Below the pieces are notes generated by a model. The model was given only the letters and a program-made list of their open reading frames with translations. It had not been told where the DNA came from and searched no databases. From an uncultured Pseudomonadales bacterium (GTDB lineage Bacteria > Patescibacteriota > Microgenomatia > UBA1400 > PJMF01), in NCBI GenBank assembly GCA_964648715.1, contig CAZYNM010000006.1:15355-79354 (forward strand): a stretch of 64,000 bases of DNA, read 5' to 3'. Below are positions 17,097 to 26,279 of this stretch, piece after piece. The position numbers and the translations under genes were made by a program. Within the stretch, counting starts at the first letter, position 1. Every line of letters starts with the position of its first letter.

Positions 17097-17789
17097 TTAA
17101 TACCTTGGTATAGCCCTAACCACAAATTTAAGTTCGAGATCCTCTAAATCTAACAACTTCATTGCATACTTTTCTATATATTTTCGGAGCTTTTCAGTCT
17201 GGCAGTAAAAAATAATTGTTACAGTATCTTGATCTTTAAAAAATTCAAAGAACTTTTCTACCCTGGAGCGAATTGCAAACCTTGGCATACCATCTTTAAT
17301 AATTTCACAGCTGCACTGCTCAATCTGTCCGTTTTCTTCTCTGATGTATGCAAAGCTCGGTAATAAATCCCGAATGACCCCATTAACAGGGAAGTTGGTT
17401 TGAGTGTAGAATTTAAAGCCAGGCAGGTTTTGGCTTTCAAGATTTAAGTAAATATTTGCAATAGCGATACACTGATCAATAAATTGTTCTGATCTTCGAG
17501 TTTCTTGATACAGTTTTTTAATGTATTCAGATTCCAACCCCTCGGAGGATTTAAGAAACTTAATTCCATTTTTGGAGATAAAGTATATTGCTGGTTTGTT
17601 GATACCTGGTGTTTTCTCGAATATACGGACAATGTAATTTTTAGTAGTGAGGTCTTTAAGCCAGACATTAGTATTTTTAGGGTTTTTGTGTTTCAGGAGA
17701 GATTGTATCTGGATACGGTTTAGGAATCTGAATCTATAGAGAAGGAGAAGTATTTCTTTTTGTTTAGTAGTTATAGTAGGTAGTAGCAT
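17097..17789 (-). CDS. Replication-relaxation (Replic_Relax) family protein, putative relaxase
   Basis: N-terminal wHTH (ITTKQKEILLLLYRFRFLNRIQIQ...WLKDL...IYFISKNG) and ICE context near VirD4. Confidence 0.7.
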   Translation of the reverse strand: MLLPTITTKQKEILLLLYRFRFLNRIQIQSLLKHKNPKNTNVWLKDLTTKNYIVRIFEKTPGINKPAIYFISKNGIKFLKSSEGLESEYIKKLYQETRRSEQFIDQCIAIANIYLNLESQNLPGFKFYTQTNFPVNGVIRDLLPSFAYIREENGQIEQCSCEIIKDGMPRFAIRSRVEKFFEFFKDQDTVTIIFYCQTEKLRKYIEKYAMKLLDLEDLELKFVVRAIPRY

Positions 17790-18101
17790 GTTTTATAGAC
17801 CCACCTATATTCCTCCCTTACTCGTATGTATGGAGGAAATAAGTTTCTCTTCTTATTTATAAGAATAAAGAGACTAATAAATTATACTAAAATAACTTAT
17901 TTACAGGCTAAACAATTATATCAAATGCCATGGTCGGCTATGGTAATACTTTATGAATTAGTTACATATTTGTTACTTATTGCTGAAGCTGACTTGACAC
18001 AATATAATAACATCTCATTTAATTTAATCGGGTTTGATCTATTTCTGATCTATATTCGAAAAAATTAATGAAACATGCTCTTTAACTTACAACTACAAAA
18101 T

Positions 18102-18156
18102 TAAGCAGATAGCTTATTAACCATCTAACCACGGTGATTAGTAAGCTGTCTGCTTA
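18102..18156 (+). other. 19-bp RNA-type hairpin upstream of the 151-aa gene
   Basis: TAAGCAGATAGCTTATTAA pairs with TTAGTAAGCTGTCTGCTTA; both mismatches are U-G wobbles on the + strand. Confidence 0.55.
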
Positions 18157-18232
18157 TCCGCAATTTGCAACAAAAGCAACAGTGCAGTAAAACCTTTAAT
18201 GTGAACGTCATAGTAACAAGGACAAGTGAAGA

Positions 18233-18688
18233 ATGTTCGAGAAGCTGTTTGAGAAGTTCAAGCCTCGCAAAAATGGAAAATTTGTGAGCGTGGGTATTGC
18301 CGTCGTCCTCCTGCTTTTGGTTGCCATCCCTGCCTTTGCTGCGTTTGACAACAACCAGGCAATTGAGATCGATAATGGTGGTTGGAATTCTTCAAAACCA
18401 ACCTTCACGCTCTCGTATGTCGGGTATGTTCAGGGCTGCCAGAAGGATCAGACTGACAAGGATTACAAGTACCGTATTAACTTTGGTAAGTACTACGGTC
18501 CTTTTAACCCTGATCGGTTCCGCCTGAAGGTCTCCTCGTCAACCGCAACCTGGGCAATCAACAAATATGGGAACGGCACTCTGAGCGGCTACAATCTCTT
18601 GGATCGTAACAGCGCATATCTGTGCATCGGCTCGAAGTCAAACTTGGCCGGCGCTAACCAGAACACTGTTAAGGTCTACGAGCAGTAG
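18233..18688 (+). CDS. Secreted hypothetical protein
   Basis: Signal peptide ending IPAFA; two Cys; GC-richer than its neighbours. Confidence 0.7.
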   Translation: MFEKLFEKFKPRKNGKFVSVGIAVVLLLLVAIPAFAAFDNNQAIEIDNGGWNSSKPTFTLSYVGYVQGCQKDQTDKDYKYRINFGKYYGPFNPDRFRLKVSSSTATWAINKYGNGTLSGYNLLDRNSAYLCIGSKSNLAGANQNTVKVYEQ

Positions 18689-18723
18689 TAAAAATGTAGT
18701 CGTAAGCTGAAATTAGCATTACG

Positions 18724-18758
18724 AGGGTAGAAGAAGGCTTTCCACCTTTTTCTACCCT
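18724..18758. terminator. Putative terminator hairpin
   Basis: AGGGTAGAAGAAGG...CCTTTTTCTACCCT downstream of the stop at 18688. Confidence 0.5.
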
Positions 18759-18790
18759 TACTACATATGCTATTATCACACCAACCGCAT

Positions 18791-19111
18791 ATGAAAAAAA
18801 ATCTCAATTATAAAATGTATTTAGTATTTATAACTGCTGTTGCTCTATTCAGCACTTCAGTTCTTATATATAAATCAACCTCAGAAACATCTTCGACAAG
18901 CCTGGATTGTATGTCTTTAGCGAAGTCATATCTGGGATACGTGAGAGAAAATTACTCTGACAGAGAAGATTTTGATAGTGTTATCTGGCCTAGAGCTATT
19001 GATGTTGAAACTCACATGCATAATGTTTGTGTTGATAGTATCGAAAAGAATGGTTTGATTGATGGTAAAAGTATTCAAACTTACTTAACAACTTCTAAAC
19101 AACCAGAATAA
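18791..19111 (+). CDS. Membrane-anchored hypothetical protein
   Basis: MKKN followed by a hydrophobic helix; two Cys; ORF track starts at 18767. Confidence 0.55.
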   Translation: MKKNLNYKMYLVFITAVALFSTSVLIYKSTSETSSTSLDCMSLAKSYLGYVRENYSDREDFDSVIWPRAIDVETHMHNVCVDSIEKNGLIDGKSIQTYLTTSKQPE

Positions 19112-19113
19112 TA

Positions 19114-21702
19114 TTATCTTTCAACTTCAAAAATATTTTTAACCTTATCTTTTAAATGGATATTATCTCCTGAAATTGCTTGATCATTGTTTTTAAGAGC
19201 ATTTCCATATCTCTGACGTGAACAAGTAATTGTTGCATTTATGACATCAGCTGCTGGTTGTAGTTTAAAATTCTCAATCTCTCCACTAAACGTAGCCTGT
19301 GGCTGTAATGCATTGATCTTCATATAAAAATTATACGAAGGGATATTTGCCATCTGTCCTTTTTCTACTTCTGGAGCAAATACAGGCAGTAGCTTGGCTT
19401 CATCCTTTGGACTGGTGGTTCTAAAACAGATCAAAGTACCAGTATTACCGATGATTGTCTCAAGTAAGTCATTCTCTATCTGCACTGTATTTTGATGAGC
19501 CAATATCACACTCAATCTATACTTACGTGCTTCAGAAAGAATCTGTGCAAACGACATAGTAGCAAAGTTCTGAAACTCATCTATATATAAGTAAAAGTCA
19601 GCTCGCTTTTCTTCAAGTATATGTACTCTACGTAAAGCAGTAAGCTGAATTTTGGCAGTTAGAAGCCCTCCTAGGAAGTACGCTGTGTCTTCTCCTATCT
19701 TTCCTTTTGAGAGATTACAGATCAAGATTTTCTTTTCATTCATGATTGTTTCAAAATCAAGTTTGCTCTCAGTTTGATTGAGAATATTTCTAGTCATGCC
19801 TGTAGTAAGAAACCTGCCCAATTTATTGGTAATAGGTGATATCTGCTCTGCACGTTGAAATGAACCTTGCTTATCAAATTCATTCTTCCAGAAAGACTTC
19901 AAGATGTCGTCTTTTAGTAAGCTGGTTACTTTTTTGCGATAGTTGGTATTAGTCAGCAAGTCATAAATAGTAAATAGGGTGGGTTTTTCTTGCTCTAATG
20001 CCGTTAAGATCACGTTTCTCAAAATATGCTCCATTCTTGGTCCTGAATATCTTGGATCATAGAGTTTATGGAAAATTGAGATAAGCGTTGAAGTAATAAA
20101 ATCTTTCTCTCGCTGAAGTTCAACATCAGATAACCCTTTAGGAATCTCTAGTACGTTTAAGCCGATTGGGAACTCAATATCATACGGATTAAAGTAAACT
20201 ACATCTTTGACTCTCTCCTCTGGAATAACACCTAGTAAACGCTCTGCTAAATCGCCATGTGGATCAATAACAGCTAGTCCATTACCTTTTTGCATGTCTT
20301 GATGGATCATGTGCATGAGCAAGGTTGTTTTTCCCGTACCAGTTGCCCCAATGATATAGGCGTGTCTTCTTCGCTCCTCAAGGGTTAAGCCAATCTGTGT
20401 AGTAGTTTCTCCATAGGTATTGGTGGCAAAGGTAATATCTAGCTCAAGGTCATTTTTCTTGAGAGTAATAGGTGCAGGGAGCTTAGGACTTTTTACTTGT
20501 AGTAAGTCCTCTGTTTTAGTTGTTGCTGTATAAGGAAAATGGTACAAGGCAGAAAGCTCATCTACCGACAAGACCATATTATTAGTAAAAAATGGGAACC
20601 GAGTTTTAAATTGTGAGTAGTACAAGTTGTTCAGTGTTTTAGATCTAATAATCTTGGCTAAAGATCGTTTTATCTCAATACCTTGATGTGGTGTGTTAAA
20701 AGTATCGAATGAGGCAGTAATACCTTTGAGGCGTTCAACTGCTTTTTCTTGAGAATGTGTCTGGATATGAATTCTTGCTGTGGTTTCAAATAATGGCTGA
20801 GTGATCTTATTGGCTATACTATTATATAGTTCTGTTTTTGTTGCACCTAGGCCATTAGAAGTATACTTTGCCGTTGATCTGAATAACCAAACAGGAAAGG
20901 CTTCTTGAGTATTACTAACTAGCCATGAAATGACTGTCACAGGTGTTAAAGCAATGAATGCAACGGAACTTGCGAGTAAGTTCACTAGGTATCTACCACT
21001 GTGCGGTTCTATCAGGTCAGTAATGTCTTCATTATTGAGAAATTTTTTAGTGATCGCAGTAATAAAGCTGAGTGTCCCGGAGTGCGTGCTTTCATGAATT
21101 GATGAGCAAACGAACTGAAGGCTGATTACTTCATCAGCTTGTAGCTTGGTCATGTGGGCGGTGAGATATGCCAGTGGGTCATATTGATTTAAGGTTTCTT
21201 GTGAAGCAATCGGATATATAAACAACTTCTTTAACTGTAACTCTCGGATCAAGGAGTATAACTTGGGATTACTTTGTACATGGTCACTAACTTCTTTGAT
21301 CTCAATACCCGGTAAATATGCTAGTAAGGTCTTTCTAATGCTGGGGGTTTCTTCTAGTCCAACACGTAAGATAAATCGAATACCATCATTTTTATTTGAA
21401 ACCAGTTCATAACTAATACTCTTTGTTAAGCCAAGAAGTTTATCTCGCCAATGATGAGGCTTTTCAAGTGAGTGCAAGATCGTAAATAGTTGTGCTGTAG
21501 ATAGTGGTGATTTGAGTGTTCGAGCAGTTGGCTTGATTTCAAGGAATAAATACTTTCTGCTCAAGTATTTTTTAATACAGATGAGTTTGAGGGTGATCTT
21601 AGAGAGTAAATACCCCACCGCAATAGATAGCAAAATATAAATTGTTATTTCAGAGAATAAATAGGGCGGGAATATATTAGATATATCCACAGTATTTAGC
21701 AT
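19114..21702 (-). CDS. VirD4/TraG-like type IV coupling ATPase (CPR type)
   Basis: N-terminal TM; RRRHAYIIGATGTGKT (Walker A), IDPHGDL, LYIDEFQNF (Walker B), EARKYRL..AHQ. Confidence 0.85.
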   Translation of the reverse strand: MLNTVDISNIFPPYLFSEITIYILLSIAVGYLLSKITLKLICIKKYLSRKYLFLEIKPTARTLKSPLSTAQLFTILHSLEKPHHWRDKLLGLTKSISYELVSNKNDGIRFILRVGLEETPSIRKTLLAYLPGIEIKEVSDHVQSNPKLYSLIRELQLKKLFIYPIASQETLNQYDPLAYLTAHMTKLQADEVISLQFVCSSIHESTHSGTLSFITAITKKFLNNEDITDLIEPHSGRYLVNLLASSVAFIALTPVTVISWLVSNTQEAFPVWLFRSTAKYTSNGLGATKTELYNSIANKITQPLFETTARIHIQTHSQEKAVERLKGITASFDTFNTPHQGIEIKRSLAKIIRSKTLNNLYYSQFKTRFPFFTNNMVLSVDELSALYHFPYTATTKTEDLLQVKSPKLPAPITLKKNDLELDITFATNTYGETTTQIGLTLEERRRHAYIIGATGTGKTTLLMHMIHQDMQKGNGLAVIDPHGDLAERLLGVIPEERVKDVVYFNPYDIEFPIGLNVLEIPKGLSDVELQREKDFITSTLISIFHKLYDPRYSGPRMEHILRNVILTALEQEKPTLFTIYDLLTNTNYRKKVTSLLKDDILKSFWKNEFDKQGSFQRAEQISPITNKLGRFLTTGMTRNILNQTESKLDFETIMNEKKILICNLSKGKIGEDTAYFLGGLLTAKIQLTALRRVHILEEKRADFYLYIDEFQNFATMSFAQILSEARKYRLSVILAHQNTVQIENDLLETIIGNTGTLICFRTTSPKDEAKLLPVFAPEVEKGQMANIPSYNFYMKINALQPQATFSGEIENFKLQPAADVINATITCSRQRYGNALKNNDQAISGDNIHLKDKVKNIFEVER

Positions 21703-21777
21703 GATTTATAAGATAATTTGAAACGAAGTATATCAAAATATATCTTGAAATGAAAGCAAAATAACAACAAAATACGG

Positions 21778-21824
21778 TTGACAACTATCTTCATCGAGAT
21801 ATATACTATCTCTATCGAGATAGT
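21778..21824 (+). promoter_or_regulatory. Sigma70 promoter of the integrase operon with overlapping operator repeats
   Basis: TTGACA (21778)-N18-TATACT (21802); ACTATCTTCATCGAGATA and ACTATCTCTATCGAGATA repeated 21 bp apart. Confidence 0.65.
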
Positions 21825-21836
21825 TATTTTTTAGAT

Positions 21837-22166
21837 ATGTTAAGCCAAGAATTGACACTTTTTGATATACCAGAAACTAAGCTCCAGACTAAGAGTACTA
21901 CTTCTACTGCTAAAAGACCTGAAATATCTCATAAGCAGTACGCTTCTCTCGACAATGCACTTTCTGCAATCTTCCCAACTACTGAGCAGGATAATATCAT
22001 TACAAAAACTCGTCGTCATTTAGGTGATATAGGCAAAGAAATGTCAGATACAGAGATAAAAAATTTAGCTAGTGAATTTCAGTTTTTGATTGATAGTTGG
22101 TTAGACATGTTTGAAAAAGATACTTTTCAAGGCAAAACATTAAAAGAGATTATGGGAGGCAAATAA
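21837..22166 (+). CDS. Hypothetical protein co-transcribed with the recombinase
   Basis: 109-aa ORF ending 1 nt before the recombinase ATG. Confidence 0.7.
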   Translation: MLSQELTLFDIPETKLQTKSTTSTAKRPEISHKQYASLDNALSAIFPTTEQDNIITKTRRHLGDIGKEMSDTEIKNLASEFQFLIDSWLDMFEKDTFQGKTLKEIMGGK

Positions 22167-22167
22167 T

Positions 22168-23739
22168 ATGAGTACAAATAATAATGAATCAGTAAAAACA
22201 GCGGTTATATATTTAAGAGTTTCTACTGAAGAACAGGTGGATAATTTTTCATTGGATACTCAAGAAGATATTTGTCAAAAGGAAGCTATTAAGCGCGGGA
22301 TTGAAGTTATCAAAGTTTTCAGAGAGGAAGGTAGATCAGCCAAAACAATCACAGGTCGTCCAGTATTGATTGAGATGCTAGAGTACTGTAGAAAAAACAA
22401 GAAAAAGATTGATGCAGTCATAGCGTATCGAGTAGATCGTATCTCACGCCAGACACAAGATTATTTAGCTATCCGAAGAAAGCTTACAGAGTGCGGTATA
22501 ACTTTGATATCTGCTACTGAACCCACTGGTAATAGCCCTACAGAAAAACTTGTTGAAACGATTCTGGCAGGTTTTGCACAACTAGATAATGATGTCAGAA
22601 GTGAACGCACAAAGAATGGAATGAGAGCAAGATTCCTGGCTGGTCTTCCAAATGGAAAAGTGCCTCTTGGATATCTAACTATAGATGGCTGTGCAGTCAA
22701 AGACCCAGAAAAATGGGATCTTGTAAAAAAAGCATGGGATTTAATGGAGACAGGTACGAAAACACTGAATGAAATTGCAGTACTTATGAATGATTGGGGT
22801 TTAAGGAATGTAATTGGAGGCAAAGAATGTATTTTCAGAGCTCAGACTGCAAGTAGACTATTTAAAAATAAGTTTTACGCAGGTGTGTTGACTTCACCAC
22901 GTTACCCCGATGAGGCTAAAGGTCAACACTTACAAATGATCTCAGAGGCTCAATACTATAAGGTGCAAGCCGTTATTGCTGGTAGAAATAACAGTATTAA
23001 TATTCCTGTTGTTAGAAGGAATAGAAACAACTCTGATTTTCCATTAAGAAGAATTATTAAGTGTGGTGGTTGTGGTGCACCATTTACAGGTGCATGGAGT
23101 AAGGGCAAGCGTGCAAAGCATGCTTATTATTTCTGTAGAAGTAGGTGTGGTAAACCATCTGTCAGAGCGTATGATGTTGATTTTTCAGTGGTTGAATTAC
23201 TCAGGAGAGTAACACCCAAGCAAGAAACACTAAATGCATTTATTGCCTTACTAAGAGCCAACTATTATAAAAGAGTTGCCAGTCTACAAAAGAAAAAAGA
23301 ACATGCTGATGTTGAACTAAAGAGACTACAATCCCTTAGAAAAGGATTAGTCGAGAAAAATCTATTAGGTATATATAGTGATGAAATATTTAAAGAACAA
23401 AATAAGATAATTGAAGAGCAAATCATAACCCTTGAGATAACAAAGGACGATGCTTTGCTTTCCAAATACAATCTCGAAGCAATAATTGCTTTTATGAAGG
23501 ATAAATTTGCTGATTTAGGAAAAACGTATCAAGAATCAGATATTGAGCAGATAAAAGTATTGTTGTGTTCGATATTTGACTCAGAACTCACTTGGGACTA
23601 TTCTGGCATTTCGAACACCCAAATTAATGCGGTATATCAATACATTTATGACTTTGAAAGTGTTGATATCGCAAATGGTGACCCCATGGAGAATCGAACT
23701 CCAATTACAGGGATGAAAACCCTGCGTCCTAACCGTTAG
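22168..23739 (+). CDS. Large serine recombinase (integrase)
   Basis: IYLRVSTEEQ catalytic motif, RVDRISR, recombinase domain, zinc ribbon (CGGCG...YYFCRSRC), coiled coil; 3' end overlaps tRNA-Glu antisense. Confidence 0.93.
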   Translation: MSTNNNESVKTAVIYLRVSTEEQVDNFSLDTQEDICQKEAIKRGIEVIKVFREEGRSAKTITGRPVLIEMLEYCRKNKKKIDAVIAYRVDRISRQTQDYLAIRRKLTECGITLISATEPTGNSPTEKLVETILAGFAQLDNDVRSERTKNGMRARFLAGLPNGKVPLGYLTIDGCAVKDPEKWDLVKKAWDLMETGTKTLNEIAVLMNDWGLRNVIGGKECIFRAQTASRLFKNKFYAGVLTSPRYPDEAKGQHLQMISEAQYYKVQAVIAGRNNSINIPVVRRNRNNSDFPLRRIIKCGGCGAPFTGAWSKGKRAKHAYYFCRSRCGKPSVRAYDVDFSVVELLRRVTPKQETLNAFIALLRANYYKRVASLQKKKEHADVELKRLQSLRKGLVEKNLLGIYSDEIFKEQNKIIEEQIITLEITKDDALLSKYNLEAIIAFMKDKFADLGKTYQESDIEQIKVLLCSIFDSELTWDYSGISNTQINAVYQYIYDFESVDIANGDPMENRTPITGMKTLRPNR

Positions 23740-23750
23740 ACGATGGGGCC
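23676..23750 (-). tRNA. tRNA-Glu(TTC)
   Basis: GGCCCCATCGTCTAACGGTTAGGACGCAGGGTTTTCATCCCTGTAATTGGAGTTCGATTCTCCATGGGGTCACCA; full cloverleaf, encoded CCA. Confidence 0.95.
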
Positions 23751-23786
23751 ATCGTACGGACAGTTTTGTATTATACCTCAGAAATA

Positions 23787-24116
23787 CTACCACGTCACGT
23801 TGCGGTAATGTTCTATGCCGCCAGGTACTATAGCAATCACATCAAAGCGGTACGCTCCCTGCCACTTCTTGTGCCGCAAGTAACGCACTGCTACCCGCTG
23901 CATACGATAGATTTTGCTTTTTGTTACCGCTTGGCTTGGGTCGCCAAAGGCAGCTGTGCTGCGAGTTTTTACTTCTACGAAAACTAGTTCATGCTGCGTT
24001 ATATCAAACGCCACAATATCTATCTCACAGCCACCAAAAGATACATTGGTATCATGGATATGAAAGGTGTGTTCTAAGAGAAATGCCCGAGCACGTTCTT
24101 CGCCCCGTTGCCCCAA
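23787..24116 (-). CDS. yraN: YraN/UPF0102 family nuclease (start uncertain; TTG 24116)
   Basis: LGQRGEERA, EIDIV, LVFVEVKTR, YRFDVI. Confidence 0.85.
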   Translation of the reverse strand: MGQRGEERARAFLLEHTFHIHDTNVSFGGCEIDIVAFDITQHELVFVEVKTRSTAAFGDPSQAVTKSKIYRMQRVAVRYLRHKKWQGAYRFDVIAIVPGGIEHYRNVTW

Positions 24117-24123
24117 AGCAGTA

Positions 24124-24477
24124 TTATGCTGCTGGAGCTGTTTTGGTGACAGTTGCCTTTTCTTTAACTCTGCTTGCGGCTTTACCGACACGATCTCGGA
24201 GGTAGTAGAGTTTAGCACGGCGAACGTCGCCTTTGGTTTTGACATCAATTTTCTTAAGACCTGGCATGTGAAGTGGGTAGATGCGTTCAACACCAATTCC
24301 ATTGGCGCCCATGCGACGAATAGTTATTGTTTTGCCCAAGCCAGCGTTCTTGACTGCGATAACCAAGCCTTCAAAAACTTGGACGCGAGACTTGTCGCCT
24401 TCTGCAATTTCTTGATGAACACGAACTGTGTCACCAACGTGTACTTGTGTTTCGTTAAATGTAAATGTGGATGCCAT
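24124..24477 (-). CDS. rplS: 50S ribosomal protein L19
   Basis: [30 protein letters not shown]. Confidence 0.97.
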   Translation of the reverse strand: MASTFTFNETQVHVGDTVRVHQEIAEGDKSRVQVFEGLVIAVKNAGLGKTITIRRMGANGIGVERIYPLHMPGLKKIDVKTKGDVRRAKLYYLRDRVGKAASRVKEKATVTKTAPAA

Positions 24478-24528
24478 ACAGACTGGATATTGTACTTGAT
24501 GTTACTCTAGGATGCAAGAGAGAACCCA

Positions 24529-26217
24529 TTACTGTTTGCTCTCCTCAGCAGCTTTGAGATACTCCACAAACAACGGATGTGGTTGTTCTGGGCGTGATTT
24601 ATACTCAGGGTGAGCTTGGGTGGCCACAAAGAAGGGATGCATTTCTTGAGGAAGCTCTATCATCTCTACAAAGAAATTATCCGGCGATGTCCCAGAAATC
24701 ACAAAGCCCTTATCTTCCAAAACAGAACGGTAATCATTATTAAACTCAAACCGGTGGCGGTGACGTTCGGAGATAAGATGTTTACTGGCATCCTTGTAGG
24801 CATTGTGCTTGGCATAGATACGGTCTACTAAACTCCCTGGTTTAAGGACACAGTCATATGCCCCGAGGCGCATACTGGCACCCTCCCCTTTAATTTTCTG
24901 GTACTTGCTGTCAAAAGGAATGCTGTGAATGATGGGGTTTTTGGTATCGGGACGGACTTCTGTAGTATGAGCATCAGCAAGACCACACACAGATCGTGCA
25001 TACTCAATACAAGCTAGCTGCATACCATAGCACAAGCCTAAGTATGGGACCTTGTGCTCACGAGCGTAGGTAATGGCCTTAATTTTGCCTTCTACTCCTC
25101 GCTCACCCCAACCAATAGGTACGATAATGCCATCGGCCTTTTTGAGCTCATTGAGCGTGTTCTCGTCACTCTTTTCCAGTGACTCAGCATTGAGGAACGT
25201 GATGTCTACACCAACATTGTTGTGCCAACTGGCAAAATTAAGTGACTCAATGAGAGAAACATAGGAATCTTTGAGCTCATAATCACCGGTAGCAATGTAC
25301 TTAGCAATGATTGCTATGGTAACGCGCTTGGCTTGTGGGGTGCGAATTTTGTCTACCAAAGTGCGCCAACTACGTAAGTCACTTGCTTTCGCTGGCAGTC
25401 CCAGTTTTTCAAGCACAAGCTCATCAAATTTTTGCTCGGCAAAGACAAGTGGTAGCTCGTAGACAGTATCGCAATCTGGGTTGGAGATAACGTGATTTTT
25501 GTCCATATTGCAGTAATAAGCCACTTTTTCTTTACGCTTTTCATCAATAGGAAGCTCTGCCCTACCCACAATAAAATCAGGTTGGATACCCATGCTGTTG
25601 AGAAGTTTGACTGAAAGCTGTGTTGGTTTTGACTTAAGCTCATTGATGTGTGCGGGCCGTGGAAAGTACGTTACATGGATGTGGAGTGTATTAGCAGGTT
25701 CTTGAAGTTTGAGAATACGATATGCCTCATAGTAGATCGCGTTTTGATATTCACCAGCGGTGCCACCCAGTTCAACCAAGATAATATCAAAGCCTTCCGC
25801 TGCTGTTTTAATGCGCTTGATGACTTCTTCGGGAATGTATGGAATAGCGTCCACGGTTTTGCCATTAAAGTGTAAATCTTGGGTTTTCTTGATGACACTA
25901 GTATAGACCTGGCCCATGGTGGTGAAATTTTTATGTCCTACTTCTTCAGATAAAAAGCGTTCATATGATCCTAGATCAAGATCTGCTTCTAACCCATCTT
26001 CACACAAAAAAACATCGCCATGTTCAGTGGGGTTGATATTGCCTGAGTCCAAGTTGAGATAGTTCTCACACTTGATGTTGGTGACGCTATAGCCTCGATT
26101 CTTGAGGAGGAAGCCGAGCGAAGCGGCAGTAATACCTTTGCCGAGTCCTGACAACACTCCGCCGGAGACGAAGACATACTTGGTAATTACTTTGGGGGAT
26201 GATCCATGCTCTTGCAT
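24529..26217 (-). CDS. pyrG: CTP synthase
   Basis: KYVFVSGGVLSGLGKG, GLCYGMQ, ERHRHRFE, QAHPE. Confidence 0.97.
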   Translation of the reverse strand: MQEHGSSPKVITKYVFVSGGVLSGLGKGITAASLGFLLKNRGYSVTNIKCENYLNLDSGNINPTEHGDVFLCEDGLEADLDLGSYERFLSEEVGHKNFTTMGQVYTSVIKKTQDLHFNGKTVDAIPYIPEEVIKRIKTAAEGFDIILVELGGTAGEYQNAIYYEAYRILKLQEPANTLHIHVTYFPRPAHINELKSKPTQLSVKLLNSMGIQPDFIVGRAELPIDEKRKEKVAYYCNMDKNHVISNPDCDTVYELPLVFAEQKFDELVLEKLGLPAKASDLRSWRTLVDKIRTPQAKRVTIAIIAKYIATGDYELKDSYVSLIESLNFASWHNNVGVDITFLNAESLEKSDENTLNELKKADGIIVPIGWGERGVEGKIKAITYAREHKVPYLGLCYGMQLACIEYARSVCGLADAHTTEVRPDTKNPIIHSIPFDSKYQKIKGEGASMRLGAYDCVLKPGSLVDRIYAKHNAYKDASKHLISERHRHRFEFNNDYRSVLEDKGFVISGTSPDNFFVEMIELPQEMHPFFVATQAHPEYKSRPEQPHPLFVEYLKAAEESKQ

Positions 26218-26279
26218 GGAATTACATTATACCATACTTGAAATGGTGAGAAGTGCCTAAATCGCTTTCCTTGAGAAAA

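Larger units (their letters stand above)
1..23675. mobile_element. Integrative conjugative element (right end; continues left of window) inserted at tRNA-Glu 3' end
   Basis: Large serine recombinase abutting and overlapping the tRNA-Glu 3' end; VirD4-like, relaxase-like, ArdC, pilin, VirB6, PrgI and VirB4-like genes; visibly more AT-rich than the housekeeping DNA after 23750. The second att site is not in the window. Confidence 0.85.

Noticed and set aside
17826-18068. 80-aa ORF in the AT-rich intergenic region
   Set aside because: Low-complexity AT-driven composition and no motifs; more likely non-coding.
1-23675. Prophage interpretation of the integrated element
   Set aside because: No terminase, capsid, portal or tail genes in the window; conjugation genes are present instead.
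24117-24302. N-terminal extension of yraN overlapping rplS (similar extensions in gatB, gatC, parB, ftsW)
   Set aside because: Longest-ORF artefacts; family homology begins at downstream starts.
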